Assembly: GCA_963701295.1 (NCBI GenBank)
Contig: OY969585.1
Span: forward strand, 1,536,001 to 1,600,000
Origin: Ignavibacteriota bacterium
GTDB taxonomy: Bacteria; Bacteroidota; Ignavibacteria; UBA10030
DNA length: 64,000 bases
Direction: 5' to 3'
The position numbers were made by a program, and so were the translations under genes. Under the pieces are notes generated by a model that worked only from the letters and a program-made list of their open reading frames with translations, was not told the origin of the DNA and searched no databases. This document shows positions 32,882 through 44,219 of the stretch, piece by piece. Numbering within the stretch: the first letter of the stretch is position 1; every line of letters begins with the position of its first letter.

Positions 32882-33415
32882 CTACCATGTTTCCGAGTGA
32901 ATCTTTTTGGGATCGAATTTTTTCTTTGGTTTATCTTCACCTGTTGGATGACCGATGGGGATGACATTGAGAGGGATGATAGCTGATGGAATATTCAAAA
33001 TTGATTTTACAGATTTCATTCTATCGGGATAGGGATATGCTGCTGTCCAAATGGCACCAAGGCTGAGAGCTTCTGCAGCAAGAAGTATGTTTTCACTTGC
33101 CAATGTAGAATCAATGACAGCGTATTCGACCATTTGTTTGTGTGCTTTGGACGGGTTTCCGCAGACGATAATTGCTGCACTTGCCTTGAAAAGCATTTTA
33201 GCATAGGGCAGTGCATCAGCAAGATTATCAAGAGTCTTTCTATCGGTAACAACGATAAATTCCCACGGCTGACAATTAACTGCACTTGGAGCTGCCATAG
33301 CAGCTTTCAAAAGAATTTCTAGTTGGTCTTGAGTTACCGACTCTCCAGTGAAATTTCGGACACTCTTGCGGTTGTGAATGACAGTAAGTGCATCAGGAAT
33401 GGTCCGTTGGATCAT
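32882..33415 (-). CDS. Nitroreductase family protein
   Basis: RKSVRNF, AMAAPSAVNCQPW, LGAIW; start ATG 33415 after GAGG (the longer ORF overlaps murA). Confidence 0.9.
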   Translation of the reverse strand: MIQRTIPDALTVIHNRKSVRNFTGESVTQDQLEILLKAAMAAPSAVNCQPWEFIVVTDRKTLDNLADALPYAKMLFKASAAIIVCGNPSKAHKQMVEYAVIDSTLASENILLAAEALSLGAIWTAAYPYPDRMKSVKSILNIPSAIIPLNVIPIGHPTGEDKPKKKFDPKKIHSETW

Positions 33416-33520
33416 TGTCACCTCATAATTCAATAAGTTTTTGCCTTTATTCGCATAATGGGCTATATTGCCTCCGTTAGTACATACAATCCTACCGAAA
33501 TATAAACAAAGGAGCAAGCG

Positions 33521-34792
33521 GTGGATAAGTTCGTAATCAATGGTGGAAAGCCCCTCAGGGGCACAGTCACAATCGGAGGTGCGAAGAATGCAAGTCTCGC
33601 ACTGATGCCAGCGACAATTCTGGCGAGTGGAACTTATCATCTTCATAACACTCCAGATTTGCGCGACATACTTACGATGGCGCGTTTGCTTGAAACGATG
33701 GGGGTAACTGTATCATCAGTCAACCAAACATTGACGGTTGATACGAAGACGATGAACAGCTACGAAGCACCATATGAGCATGTAAAAAAAATGCGGGCTT
33801 CTATTTATGTATTAGGTCCTTTAGTAGCAAGATTTGGTCAGGCGAAGGTTTCGCTTCCCGGCGGCTGTGCGTGGGGACCGCGTCCGGTGAACTTGCATAT
33901 CGAAGGTATCCGAAAACTTGGAGCTGAGATTGAACTTGATGCCGGCTATATCATTGCAAAGGCGAATCGTCTCAGTGGTACGCGAATTCTTTTTGATATC
34001 TCGAGTGTCGGTGCAACAGGCAACGTGATGATGGCAGCTGTACTGGCAAAGGGAACTACTCTTATCGAAAATGCAGCGCAGGAACCGGAGATTGTCCAGT
34101 TGTCAGAGTTTCTTGTGAAGATGGGAGCGAAGATTCACGGGATCGGTACAGGCCGTCTGGAAATAGAAGGTGTAGATGAATTACATCCGGCAGATGTTAC
34201 CACCATATCGGATCGAATCGAAGCCGGTACATTTCTCATTGCCGGAGCAATGGCGGGAAAAAAGGGAGGAATGATTCGCCTGGAGAAATGCAATCCGCAT
34301 CATCTCGGTGCACTTATAGTGAAGTTGGAAGATATCGGTGCGAAGATCAGAACGGGTGCCGATTGGGTAGAACTTACACCGCCAGAGAAAATCTATGCAG
34401 TCAATGCGACGACAGCAATCTACCCCGGTTTTCCGACTGACATGCAGGCGCAATGGATTGCGCTGATGTCGTTGGCACAAGGGACAAGTACCGTAACGGA
34501 TACAGTCTATTTCGACCGTTTTACACACGTGCCGGAACTGAACCGCCTCGGCGCGAATATTATGATGAAAGAAAATATTGCCACCGTTGTAGGTGTGAAA
34601 AAATTAACAGGTGCAAAAGTAATGTCCACCGATCTGCGTGCAAGCGCATCGCTTATTCTCGCCGGACTTGTTGCCGAAGGAACGACAGAAGTACTGCGTG
34701 TGTACCACATCGATCGCGGGTACGAATCCATTGAAAAAAAACTTCAAACGCTCGGCGCGGATATCTGTCGTGAAAAGGGAGAGGAATTCTAA
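33521..34792 (+). CDS. murA: UDP-N-acetylglucosamine 1-carboxyvinyltransferase
   Basis: GAKNA, MRASI, LPGGCAWGPRP, DRIEAGT, PGFPTD, DLRASA, HIDRGY. Confidence 0.97.
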   Translation: MDKFVINGGKPLRGTVTIGGAKNASLALMPATILASGTYHLHNTPDLRDILTMARLLETMGVTVSSVNQTLTVDTKTMNSYEAPYEHVKKMRASIYVLGPLVARFGQAKVSLPGGCAWGPRPVNLHIEGIRKLGAEIELDAGYIIAKANRLSGTRILFDISSVGATGNVMMAAVLAKGTTLIENAAQEPEIVQLSEFLVKMGAKIHGIGTGRLEIEGVDELHPADVTTISDRIEAGTFLIAGAMAGKKGGMIRLEKCNPHHLGALIVKLEDIGAKIRTGADWVELTPPEKIYAVNATTAIYPGFPTDMQAQWIALMSLAQGTSTVTDTVYFDRFTHVPELNRLGANIMMKENIATVVGVKKLTGAKVMSTDLRASASLILAGLVAEGTTEVLRVYHIDRGYESIEKKLQTLGADICREKGEEF

Positions 34793-34837
34793 TTTATTCA
34801 TAAGGGAGGATATCTCGCTCCTGCCGAGATATTTCCA

Positions 34838-37093
34838 ATGATAGTAATGCAAAGATTCGTTCAAACACGTGCATTTCAAATTTCTGCGCTTCTTCTTATT
34901 CTCTTCACCATCGTTTGTACACGTGTTCCGCTTTTCAACTATCTTGGCTTTGAATTCTCTGCGCTCACCGTTGTTCTTGCTGGGTTTATTTGCGGATTTC
35001 TCACACTTTCAATCTGGAAACAAACCGACTGCGAATGTAAAGCAGACGTGTGGCGGTTTGTCGGTGAAATCGCGTGCGTTCAATGTATCCTTCTTGCTAT
35101 TCCATTTCTTATTTCACTGGCAAATGCGCTGTTTGTGAAGAACTGTTCCATTGGAAATGGAATGGTGTTCTATGTTCTTATTGTTATTCCCGGTGTACTC
35201 TTCTTGGTTGCTTTAGCGATCGTTGTTGGAATAGTATTCGGAAAATGGCGAAAGACAATATTTACATTTTTGTACATTCTTGTACTTCTGCATATTCCGG
35301 TTGTTACATTTTTCCATCCGCAAATATTTGCTTTTAATCCAATTCTTGGTTTTTTCCCCGGATTTACATATGATGAAACGCTGCAAGTGACTCAACGCTT
35401 GCTGATTTACCGATTAGCGATATTTGCTGCCTCCGGATGTCTCGTTACTACTGCAATATGGATTTGGCACATTCGTTTTTACAGGAAAGAGCGTAAAGAT
35501 GTTTCTCAGCAATCATTTCCCTTTATAGAAATCGCAATACTTGCATTATTGGTCCCAATTGTTCTTGTGATGTTGTCATTTAGCGATCGACTCGGATTCT
35601 CGTCGTCTCAACAATATATCCAGCAGAAGCTCGTTGGGAATTATAAGACTGCACATTTCGAAATTATTTATCCTGCCGGTTCTGTGAAACATGAACAAAT
35701 CGAGCAGTTGGGCCGCTTACACGAGTACTATTATAGTAAGCTTTCACACGATCTGAATGTCCAGTCTCAGGAGCGTATTGTTTCCTTCTTGTATTCCTCA
35801 CCTGAAGAGAAAGGAAAGCTCATCGGGGCAGGACATACGGATATTGCCAAGCCGTGGCTGCGGCAGATTCATATCAATCTTGCAGATGTGAAAGCAGGTT
35901 TAAAGCATGAAATGGCGCATATCCTTGCCGGGGAATTTGGCTGGTCGCCTCTCAAAATATCACACAACTCGGGGCTTGTGGAAGGAATTGCAGTGGCAGT
36001 CGGAGACGATGTATGGTATGATGAACCACTCGACTGCGCCGCCGCTTTGGTCTTTGCCGCTGGTGTTAATCCGGACATGGAATCATTATTCTCGTTCTCT
36101 GGATTTGCGAAAGTAAATGCAGGAGTGAGTTACGCGCTGGCAGGTTCGTTCTGCAAATTCCTTATTGATTCGTTCGGGATTAATCAGTTCAAGAAGCTTT
36201 ATCAATCCGGAGATTTTACTCTCACATACAACCGCGCTCTTCCTTCGCTTCTCACGGATTGGCGAACGATCCTTCACCATCAACAATTTACGACAAACGA
36301 CAGCATAAAAGCTAAGTATTTCTTTCGCCGTTCATCGATCTTTGGAAAAGAATGTGCACGGGTGATTGCGAATCTCAACTCGGAAACAAGAGACCTTCTC
36401 GTTTGTCATGAATTTGAAAAAGCCCTTGCATCGGCAGAACGGTCACTTGGATTGAGCAAAACACCTGAAGCTGTTTTTCAAAAAACCACAGCATTGTTCG
36501 AGTTGAGAAAATTCAAAGATGCTGCAGACTTTATTGAAACTCAATTGCGCGACACGAGCTTTGGTTCCGCTCTTCTCCCGCTCCATCTCCGGCTTGGTGA
36601 TGCGTATTGGGCGCTGGATTCACTCGTTCGTACGGGACAAGAATATGAAATGATGGCACGTATTCACCTGAGTGCTTGGTATGAAGAAGCATGTATACTT
36701 CGGTTAGAATCATTAAAGAACGAGAGAGAAGCTCAAGAGTTGAGAAATTATTTTGTTTGTTCAATGGAAGATACAGTTCGAATGGATCGACTTTCAAAAT
36801 TGTCCTCTCCCATCGCCCAATACTTGCTCGCACGTGAACTTGCAGGAAAAGAGAAATACAGAGAAGCTTGCAGTATACTTGAACATATAAGTCGTTCGGA
36901 CTTAGTGCCGCTTGAGTTCTTTTATCTTCAGCGGCTTGGGCGAGCTTATTTCTCTATGCAAGAATGGAAAAAAGCAGAAACATTGTTTGAGAAAGCTTTG
37001 CCAATTGCTCCGACTGGCGCGTTAAAAATTGAAATAGAAGAATGGATAGAACGATGTGAGTTTGAATCAAAGTCACCTTCGGAAGGCATCTGA
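34838..37093 (+). CDS. Multi-TM protein with HExxH (gluzincin-like) domain and TPR repeats
   Basis: About seven TM helices, then HEMAH...EGIAVA, then helical TPR-like C-terminus. Confidence 0.75.
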   Translation: MIVMQRFVQTRAFQISALLLILFTIVCTRVPLFNYLGFEFSALTVVLAGFICGFLTLSIWKQTDCECKADVWRFVGEIACVQCILLAIPFLISLANALFVKNCSIGNGMVFYVLIVIPGVLFLVALAIVVGIVFGKWRKTIFTFLYILVLLHIPVVTFFHPQIFAFNPILGFFPGFTYDETLQVTQRLLIYRLAIFAASGCLVTTAIWIWHIRFYRKERKDVSQQSFPFIEIAILALLVPIVLVMLSFSDRLGFSSSQQYIQQKLVGNYKTAHFEIIYPAGSVKHEQIEQLGRLHEYYYSKLSHDLNVQSQERIVSFLYSSPEEKGKLIGAGHTDIAKPWLRQIHINLADVKAGLKHEMAHILAGEFGWSPLKISHNSGLVEGIAVAVGDDVWYDEPLDCAAALVFAAGVNPDMESLFSFSGFAKVNAGVSYALAGSFCKFLIDSFGINQFKKLYQSGDFTLTYNRALPSLLTDWRTILHHQQFTTNDSIKAKYFFRRSSIFGKECARVIANLNSETRDLLVCHEFEKALASAERSLGLSKTPEAVFQKTTALFELRKFKDAADFIETQLRDTSFGSALLPLHLRLGDAYWALDSLVRTGQEYEMMARIHLSAWYEEACILRLESLKNEREAQELRNYFVCSMEDTVRMDRLSKLSSPIAQYLLARELAGKEKYREACSILEHISRSDLVPLEFFYLQRLGRAYFSMQEWKKAETLFEKALPIAPTGALKIEIEEWIERCEFESKSPSEGI

Positions 37094-37177
37094 GAGCTTT
37101 GTTAAAGTTGCCAATAACTTAAACAAAAAAATTTTGAGAAGGTTACATACAGCGGAAATAGTAAACGAGGACACGCT

Positions 37178-37381
37178 ATGGAATGCAATAAATCAAAGAA
37201 CTTGAAGAAATGTAATTGTAGTTATGAACCTTGCTCACGTAAAGGGACATGTTGCGAGTGTATACAGTATCATTTGCGCATGCAAGAATTGCCCGCCTGC
37301 TGTTTCCCGGACAGTATTGAACAAACATATGATCGGAGTTTCCGCACGTTTTCCCAAGGTGTGATGAACGGGAAAATCTAA
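37178..37381 (+). CDS. DUF6485-type small Cys-rich protein
   Basis: [21 protein letters not shown]...LPACCF...YDRS; GAGG RBS. Confidence 0.75.
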   Translation: MECNKSKNLKKCNCSYEPCSRKGTCCECIQYHLRMQELPACCFPDSIEQTYDRSFRTFSQGVMNGKI

Positions 37382-37571
37382 TGGATGATGAAAGACAATT
37401 GACAGAGGTACGAAGAATATCTAACGTCTAACATGGGCATGAACCTTCAGTATTTTTGCCTGTTACTTGAAATTGCATTTCCACCAATTTTTGACTTTAT
37501 TTAAGTTCAGAACAAGAAAATACCCGAGAGCTCTCGACGAGTTCTGTGGTAGATTTTGGGAATCAATTTAA

Positions 37572-38903
<1,332 letters not shown>

Positions 38904-38917
38904 GTATTCTATAAACC

Positions 38918-38957
38918 AATGGCTGGGAAGAATATATTCTCCCAGCCATTTTCTTTT
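38918..38957 (+). terminator. Rho-independent terminator after eno
   Basis: AATGGCTGGGA/TCCCAGCCATT stem followed by TTCTTTT. Confidence 0.75.
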
Positions 38958-38969
38958 GAGGAAAGACAT

Positions 38970-40367
38970 ATGCCCCCACATATAAAATTTGGTACAGACG
39001 GATGGCGAGGAGTAATTGCCGATGATTTCACTTTTGAAAACATCGCAAAGGTTGCACTCGCAACAGCGAATTTCTACAAACGGCATAAGAAGATTAAGAA
39101 TGGGATTGTTGTCGGTTATGATTCACGTTTCTTATCACAAGAATTTGCAGAGAAAGTCGCCGAAGTACTAGGTAATCGCGGCATCAAAGTCATCCTTTCC
39201 GATAAAATTTCTTCAACGCCGATGGTCTCGTTATTGACAAAGAAGTTAAATGCTGCGGGAGGTGTGGTTATCACGGCAAGTCACAATCCAGCGAAATATA
39301 ACGGCTTTAAGATCAAAGGTGATTTTGGCGGCCCGGCTTTTCCTGAAACGATTGAGAAGGTAGAGAAAGAACTTAAAAAAGTAATAAAGTCAAAAGTGGA
39401 AAACAGAAAGTCGTTTACAGAGTTAGTGGAAAAAGGAACGATCAAGAAGATCGATTTCACGGCCATCTATATCGACGACATTAAAAGCAAGATCAATATC
39501 GATTTAATAAAGTCTGCCACAATTAAAATTGCTTATGATGCGATGCATGGCGCGGGCCAAGGAGTGATGGATCAGATTCTTCCACTGAAAGTTTCGATAC
39601 GCGGTGATTTCAACCCGTCATTTGATGGAAGTCATCCCGAACCATTGCCTCAACATACTCCTGGATTGATTGAGGCGATTGTGAAGAATGGCTGCGACAT
39701 TGGTATTGCAACCGATGGTGATGCCGATCGCATTGGTGCGTTTGATGAGAATGGTAACTTTGTTGACTCGCACCGGATCTTTGCGATTATTCTGAAATAT
39801 TTTATTGAAGAAAAAAAGATGACCGGCGAAGTTGCGAAATCGTTTTCTGTCAGCCAGATAATTAACGAAATGTGCAAGAAGTACGGCTTAGTACTGCACG
39901 AAACACCGGTTGGATTTAAATATCTCTGCCGATTGATGGTCGAGCGCGACATTCTGATTGCAGCAGAAGAAAGCGGTGGAGTTGGCGTCAAAGGACATTT
40001 GCCAGAGCGCGATGGGACGTACATCGGATTACTGTTAGCCGAAATCATGGCAACTCGGAAAAAGAAACTCAGTGAACTTGTGAATGAATTGATGAGCGAG
40101 TTTGGCTGGCATTATTTCAATCGATACGATGCGCGTCTAGCCGAAAAAGAGAAACAGCGTATTCTTGTTGCCTATAAAAAAGGTCCGAAACAGCTTGCTG
40201 GATTTCCAATTCAGCGGATTGAAACAAAAGACGGTTTCAAACTTTTTGTTGAGAACGGATGGGTGCTCGTCCGTGCGTCAGGCACAGAGCCGTTGATTCG
40301 ATTCTATGCTGAAGCAGAGACACCGGAGAAAGTTGAAACATTACTGAAGGCCGCACGAGAAGTGTGA
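38970..40367 (+). CDS. Phosphoglucomutase/phosphomannomutase family protein
   Basis: FGTDGWRG, TASHNP, DGDADR, EESGG, RASGTEP; start ATG 38970 after GAGG. Confidence 0.93.
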   Translation: MPPHIKFGTDGWRGVIADDFTFENIAKVALATANFYKRHKKIKNGIVVGYDSRFLSQEFAEKVAEVLGNRGIKVILSDKISSTPMVSLLTKKLNAAGGVVITASHNPAKYNGFKIKGDFGGPAFPETIEKVEKELKKVIKSKVENRKSFTELVEKGTIKKIDFTAIYIDDIKSKINIDLIKSATIKIAYDAMHGAGQGVMDQILPLKVSIRGDFNPSFDGSHPEPLPQHTPGLIEAIVKNGCDIGIATDGDADRIGAFDENGNFVDSHRIFAIILKYFIEEKKMTGEVAKSFSVSQIINEMCKKYGLVLHETPVGFKYLCRLMVERDILIAAEESGGVGVKGHLPERDGTYIGLLLAEIMATRKKKLSELVNELMSEFGWHYFNRYDARLAEKEKQRILVAYKKGPKQLAGFPIQRIETKDGFKLFVENGWVLVRASGTEPLIRFYAEAETPEKVETLLKAAREV

Positions 40368-40420
40368 TAAAGTAGTAGAGTTAGAAATCTTTGAGTCGAA
40401 AGTATTTTAGTAGTTGAGAG

Positions 40421-40450
40421 AACCTCTGATAGCTGTATCAGAGGTTTTTT
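40421..40450 (+). terminator. Rho-independent terminator after pgm
   Basis: AACCTCTGATA-gctg-TATCAGAGGTT plus T run. Confidence 0.7.
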
Positions 40451-40463
40451 ATTCTAAAAAGAA

Positions 40464-41921
40464 ATGAGTGTTTCTGTGATTGAATTACATCGGGGAGATG
40501 AATTACAGCTAGAGATAACAGACGCGGCATTCGAAGGAAAAGCCGTCGCACGTCATGAGGGATTGGTCATATTTGTTGAGAATGCTGTGCCCGGCGATCT
40601 TGTTACTGCAAAGTTTCTGAAGATTAAAAAGAGTTTTGCAGAAGCAAAACTCGTGCGTGTGGAACGCCCGTCCCCGTTGCGCGTGGAGCCGCGTTGCAAG
40701 TACTTTGGTGTGTGCGGCGGATGCAAGTGGCAGCATGTCGATTATCAGGCACAGCTTCGTTTCAAACAGCAGCAAGTTGTAGACGCATTCGAACGAATCG
40801 GTGGTTTCTCGAATATTCAGATCTCATCGATTATCGGAGCAGACGAGATTTACTTTTATCGTGGAAAAATGGAATATTCGTTTGCCGAAAAACAATGGTT
40901 GTCTTTTCCGCCGCAAAAATCGAAAGAAGAAATGATCTCTCAGGGAGTACTCTTAGAACATCAGCAGTCGTCGATATTTCTTGGTTTGCATGTTCCCCAG
41001 CGGTACGATAAGGTTCTGGATATTGACGAGTGCTATCTTCAATCTCATTCCTCTAATCAGATATTAAACTTTACAAGAGATTTTGCCCGTCGGAATCGTT
41101 TGAATGTATATGACTCTGACCACAACACTGGGTTTCTCCGTTTCCTCGTTATCCGTGAGAGTAAGAGGGAAAAAGAAATGATGGTGAATCTTGTGACGTT
41201 TGAAAACCGTCCTGATGTGATGGAGCAATATACGGCAGAGTTGAATACGAATGTAGGTGAAGTGACGACAGTGGTGAATACGATTAACACCAAGAAAGCA
41301 CAAATAGCATTCGGCGAAACAGAGATGGTTTATCTTGGCAATGGATGGATTCATGAACTCCTTGGGAGCCGTCACTTCTCAATTTCTGCAAGTTCATTTT
41401 TCCAAACGAATGTGGCGCAGGCGGAGAAGCTCTATTATGCGGTGAAAGAACTTGGCGCGTTCAAATCCACAGATAGTGTGTATGATCTTTACTCCGGCAC
41501 TGGTTCCATTGCTCTTTTCATTTCGGATGCAGTCAAGGAAGTAATTGGGATTGAATCTGTCGAAAGTGCGATCCGTGATGCGGAAAAGAATGCACGGGAG
41601 AATGGTATTACCAATTGCCGGTTTTTACTTGGTGATTTGAAAGACCGATTGACAAAAGATACAGAATGGATGTCATCTCATCCGAAACCCGATGTACTGA
41701 TCATAGATCCACCGCGTAACGGTATGCATCCAAAAGTTGTTGAGGAAATAGCAGCGATAGCGCCGGAACGGATCGTCTATGTAAGCTGTAATCCGGCAAC
41801 GCAAGCGCGCGATGTCAAGTTGTTGTGTGCCGAGAAGTATCTGCTTATGAAGCTTCAACCGGTGGATATGTTCCCGCATACATTCCACATCGAGAATGTA
41901 GCATTATTGCACAAAAGGTAA
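40464..41921 (+). CDS. rlmD: 23S rRNA (uracil-1939-C5)-methyltransferase
   Basis: TRAM domain, C..FGVCGGC, SFFQTN, DPPR, YVSCNP, DMFPHT.HIE. Confidence 0.92.
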   Translation: MSVSVIELHRGDELQLEITDAAFEGKAVARHEGLVIFVENAVPGDLVTAKFLKIKKSFAEAKLVRVERPSPLRVEPRCKYFGVCGGCKWQHVDYQAQLRFKQQQVVDAFERIGGFSNIQISSIIGADEIYFYRGKMEYSFAEKQWLSFPPQKSKEEMISQGVLLEHQQSSIFLGLHVPQRYDKVLDIDECYLQSHSSNQILNFTRDFARRNRLNVYDSDHNTGFLRFLVIRESKREKEMMVNLVTFENRPDVMEQYTAELNTNVGEVTTVVNTINTKKAQIAFGETEMVYLGNGWIHELLGSRHFSISASSFFQTNVAQAEKLYYAVKELGAFKSTDSVYDLYSGTGSIALFISDAVKEVIGIESVESAIRDAEKNARENGITNCRFLLGDLKDRLTKDTEWMSSHPKPDVLIIDPPRNGMHPKVVEEIAAIAPERIVYVSCNPATQARDVKLLCAEKYLLMKLQPVDMFPHTFHIENVALLHKR

Positions 41922-41923
41922 TA

Positions 41924-43294
41924 TTAATTCATTATGCTTCTAACTTCTTCAATAGATATAGGTTTAGAAATTATTTTAAGTTGCCTATCAATCAAAAACA
42001 TTGTTGGTGTAGCGTAAATAAAATAATTATTCGCAGCTTCTCCATCCCAACCCTTTAGATCAGAAGCATTAATTAGTGAAGAACAATTACCTTTTATAAA
42101 ACTTTTCCAATCTTCTTTTTTTGCGTCAAGAGAAATCGCAAGCACCTCAAATTTTTTTCCGGTTTTATCTTCCTTCATTTTATTCAACTTAGGTAATATT
42201 TCTTTGCAATGCGGGCACCAGCTTGCATAAAAAACAATTAGGATTTTCTCGGCATCAATGCTACTTAGATTTATTTCTCTTCCGTTAATATCGGGGATAG
42301 AAATATTCGGCACCGTGTTGCCAATTTTAAAATTCTTCGCCTGCTCAATTCTCCTTTTAATTAATCCTTCCGTTTTTACATCCAAACAGAGATCATCTTT
42401 TATAACATAGTTTTCCACTATGTAATCGAGCACTTTATCGAAGCCGAATTTCTTAAAGCCGTCAATCAAGTATTCAGTGATATGTTGATAGACAAGCTGA
42501 TTCACTTTTGCTTTGTTAAGAATCGAATCAACAGCTCTCATAAATTCTTTTTCGAGAAGTTCTTTAGGAAGCTGTGGGTTGCGGTAATATGTTAAATACT
42601 CAATCGCTTTGTTGGTAAAAAGATCTGAATTGATCAGTAAAGTATTATTGAAATCAACATTATCTAAAGCGTGTACTTTGAGATAGTCAAGCTGTCTTTC
42701 CAAAGAGATAGAACCATTTATAACAGGAAGCTGAGCTGAACGAATATATTTTGCAATGAATGAATTAGGATTATTCTGAGCAGTTACATTTACAAATTCT
42801 AAGTATTCGTTTTGTATTTGGGTTAATCTGTTTTGTGTTGCATGGTAATAACTATCATCTTTTGGATAGCGGGCAAGGATAAGTTGAAGCAATTCTGTTT
42901 TGGTTTTGTATGCTTTGTTAAGAATAACAAAAGAGCAATAAAGTTTATTACTTTCAGAATCAATCACTTCCATGCTGTCTAAGATATTATTTGCGTCTGT
43001 CCTTAGCTCAATATCTTTTCCGTCATAAATAAAATCGATCAATTTATTGGTGCCAAAAGTTAAGCGGTAAAATCCGGCATGAAATTTTTGAGGATCGGAT
43101 TGATAAATAATTATCCCATCTTCATTCGAATTAACCGAATCGATCCTTGCTGTTTTTTCTCCGCTTAAAGAATAGAAAATAAGTTTACCGGCTTTGTAAT
43201 TAGACAAATAGACACTAATGGATTGGGAGTAACTCTTGAATTGAATGTATAATAAAAATAGAATAGAAATAGAGACTGCTGTTTTTCTATTCAT
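41924..43294 (-). CDS. Secreted TlpA/redoxin-type thiol-disulfide oxidoreductase with long N-terminal domains
   Basis: Signal peptide; C-terminal FYASWCPHC...YFIYATPTMFLID; AT-rich. Confidence 0.85.
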   Translation of the reverse strand: MNRKTAVSISILFLLYIQFKSYSQSISVYLSNYKAGKLIFYSLSGEKTARIDSVNSNEDGIIIYQSDPQKFHAGFYRLTFGTNKLIDFIYDGKDIELRTDANNILDSMEVIDSESNKLYCSFVILNKAYKTKTELLQLILARYPKDDSYYHATQNRLTQIQNEYLEFVNVTAQNNPNSFIAKYIRSAQLPVINGSISLERQLDYLKVHALDNVDFNNTLLINSDLFTNKAIEYLTYYRNPQLPKELLEKEFMRAVDSILNKAKVNQLVYQHITEYLIDGFKKFGFDKVLDYIVENYVIKDDLCLDVKTEGLIKRRIEQAKNFKIGNTVPNISIPDINGREINLSSIDAEKILIVFYASWCPHCKEILPKLNKMKEDKTGKKFEVLAISLDAKKEDWKSFIKGNCSSLINASDLKGWDGEAANNYFIYATPTMFLIDRQLKIISKPISIEEVRSIMN

Positions 43295-43437
43295 CTCATA
43301 AAATTCTTTTTATTTTTTGCAAACGTACGCTTTTATGCACGCTAAATCAATGAATGCTTTTAAATTCTTTCCATCATTTCTTCTTTTCTTCTTTCCTTTA
43401 ACCCGTCAACCATAATAAATCATCCATCAAACATCTT

Positions 43438-44199
43438 CTAATCCTTGATGCAGCGAACACTCAAACCGAGTGTTTTATTGAAAGGGAAGTAGTTGACATT
43501 ACTATTGTCGAGGACCAGGTACATGCCCCATGCGCCGCCAGTATTGTACTCCGTAGAACTCCAAAAGTGAGCGTAGTCATTAACGACGAAGGAATTATCG
43601 ATGTTGCGGTAGCCCGCAAGCAACGCAGAAAACCCGCTGGTATTTGTACCAACACCGCTTCCCGTTCCTTGCCCTACTGCTTTTAATGCATTTCCATCAT
43701 TGCTTACTGTTGTTGATAACGTTTCAAATTCTGTATATGTTGGTATGTGCCAACCGGTTGGGCAAATGCCTTGTACATTTCCAGAAAAAGCTGGACTAGG
43801 TGATGTTGTATTTGTAGCTCCATTTAGATATTGAACTGCTTCAGCCCATTGGTATAAACCGCCGTATGCTGTACAATTTGCCTCATCATCGCTGTAGCAG
43901 TATTTTTCTATTGTACTGTTATTCGTTTGGTCTGTGCTACCGGCTATTCTTATTCCTAAATTAAGGTTCTCTTTTAACCAGCATTGGCTGCCTATTACTA
44001 CAGTGGTATAAGTTTGCCCAGCATATGTAATGGTACTAGTTCCACAAGTAAAAGCAACATTAGTAAATGTTAAATTAATAATATCGTGAACCCAAATATC
44101 CTCCGTTGTGTTATCTGCCTTCTTTACGCTCATCTTATATTGCGCAAATATTGCACTAGTCCCTAACACAAATATCATGGTAAATAATATCTTTTTCAT
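43438..44199 (-). CDS. Secreted FISUMP (Fib_succ_major) domain protein; probable DGR-type target
   Basis: YTTVVIGSQCWLKENL, YGGLYQW, QGICPTGWHIPT, SGFSALLAGYR, FWSSTE, GLSVRCIKD. Confidence 0.9.
   Translation of the reverse strand: MKKILFTMIFVLGTSAIFAQYKMSVKKADNTTEDIWVHDIINLTFTNVAFTCGTSTITYAGQTYTTVVIGSQCWLKENLNLGIRIAGSTDQTNNSTIEKYCYSDDEANCTAYGGLYQWAEAVQYLNGATNTTSPSPAFSGNVQGICPTGWHIPTYTEFETLSTTVSNDGNALKAVGQGTGSGVGTNTSGFSALLAGYRNIDNSFVVNDYAHFWSSTEYNTGGAWGMYLVLDNSNVNYFPFNKTLGLSVRCIKD
43450..43611 (-). repeat. Putative DGR variable repeat in the FISUMP gene
   Basis: 26 of 54 codons end in C and 44 in C/T, versus 3 of 35 ending in C just upstream (hand count). Confidence 0.6.
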
Positions 44200-44219
44200 T
44201 TTTAATTCCTTCTCAATAT

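Noticed and set aside
33416-33646. N-terminal extension of the nitroreductase ORF
   Set aside because: It overlaps murA on the opposite strand; there is a better start with RBS at 33415. The same logic applies to the extended starts of thyX, speB, pgm, the esterase and the first ECF.
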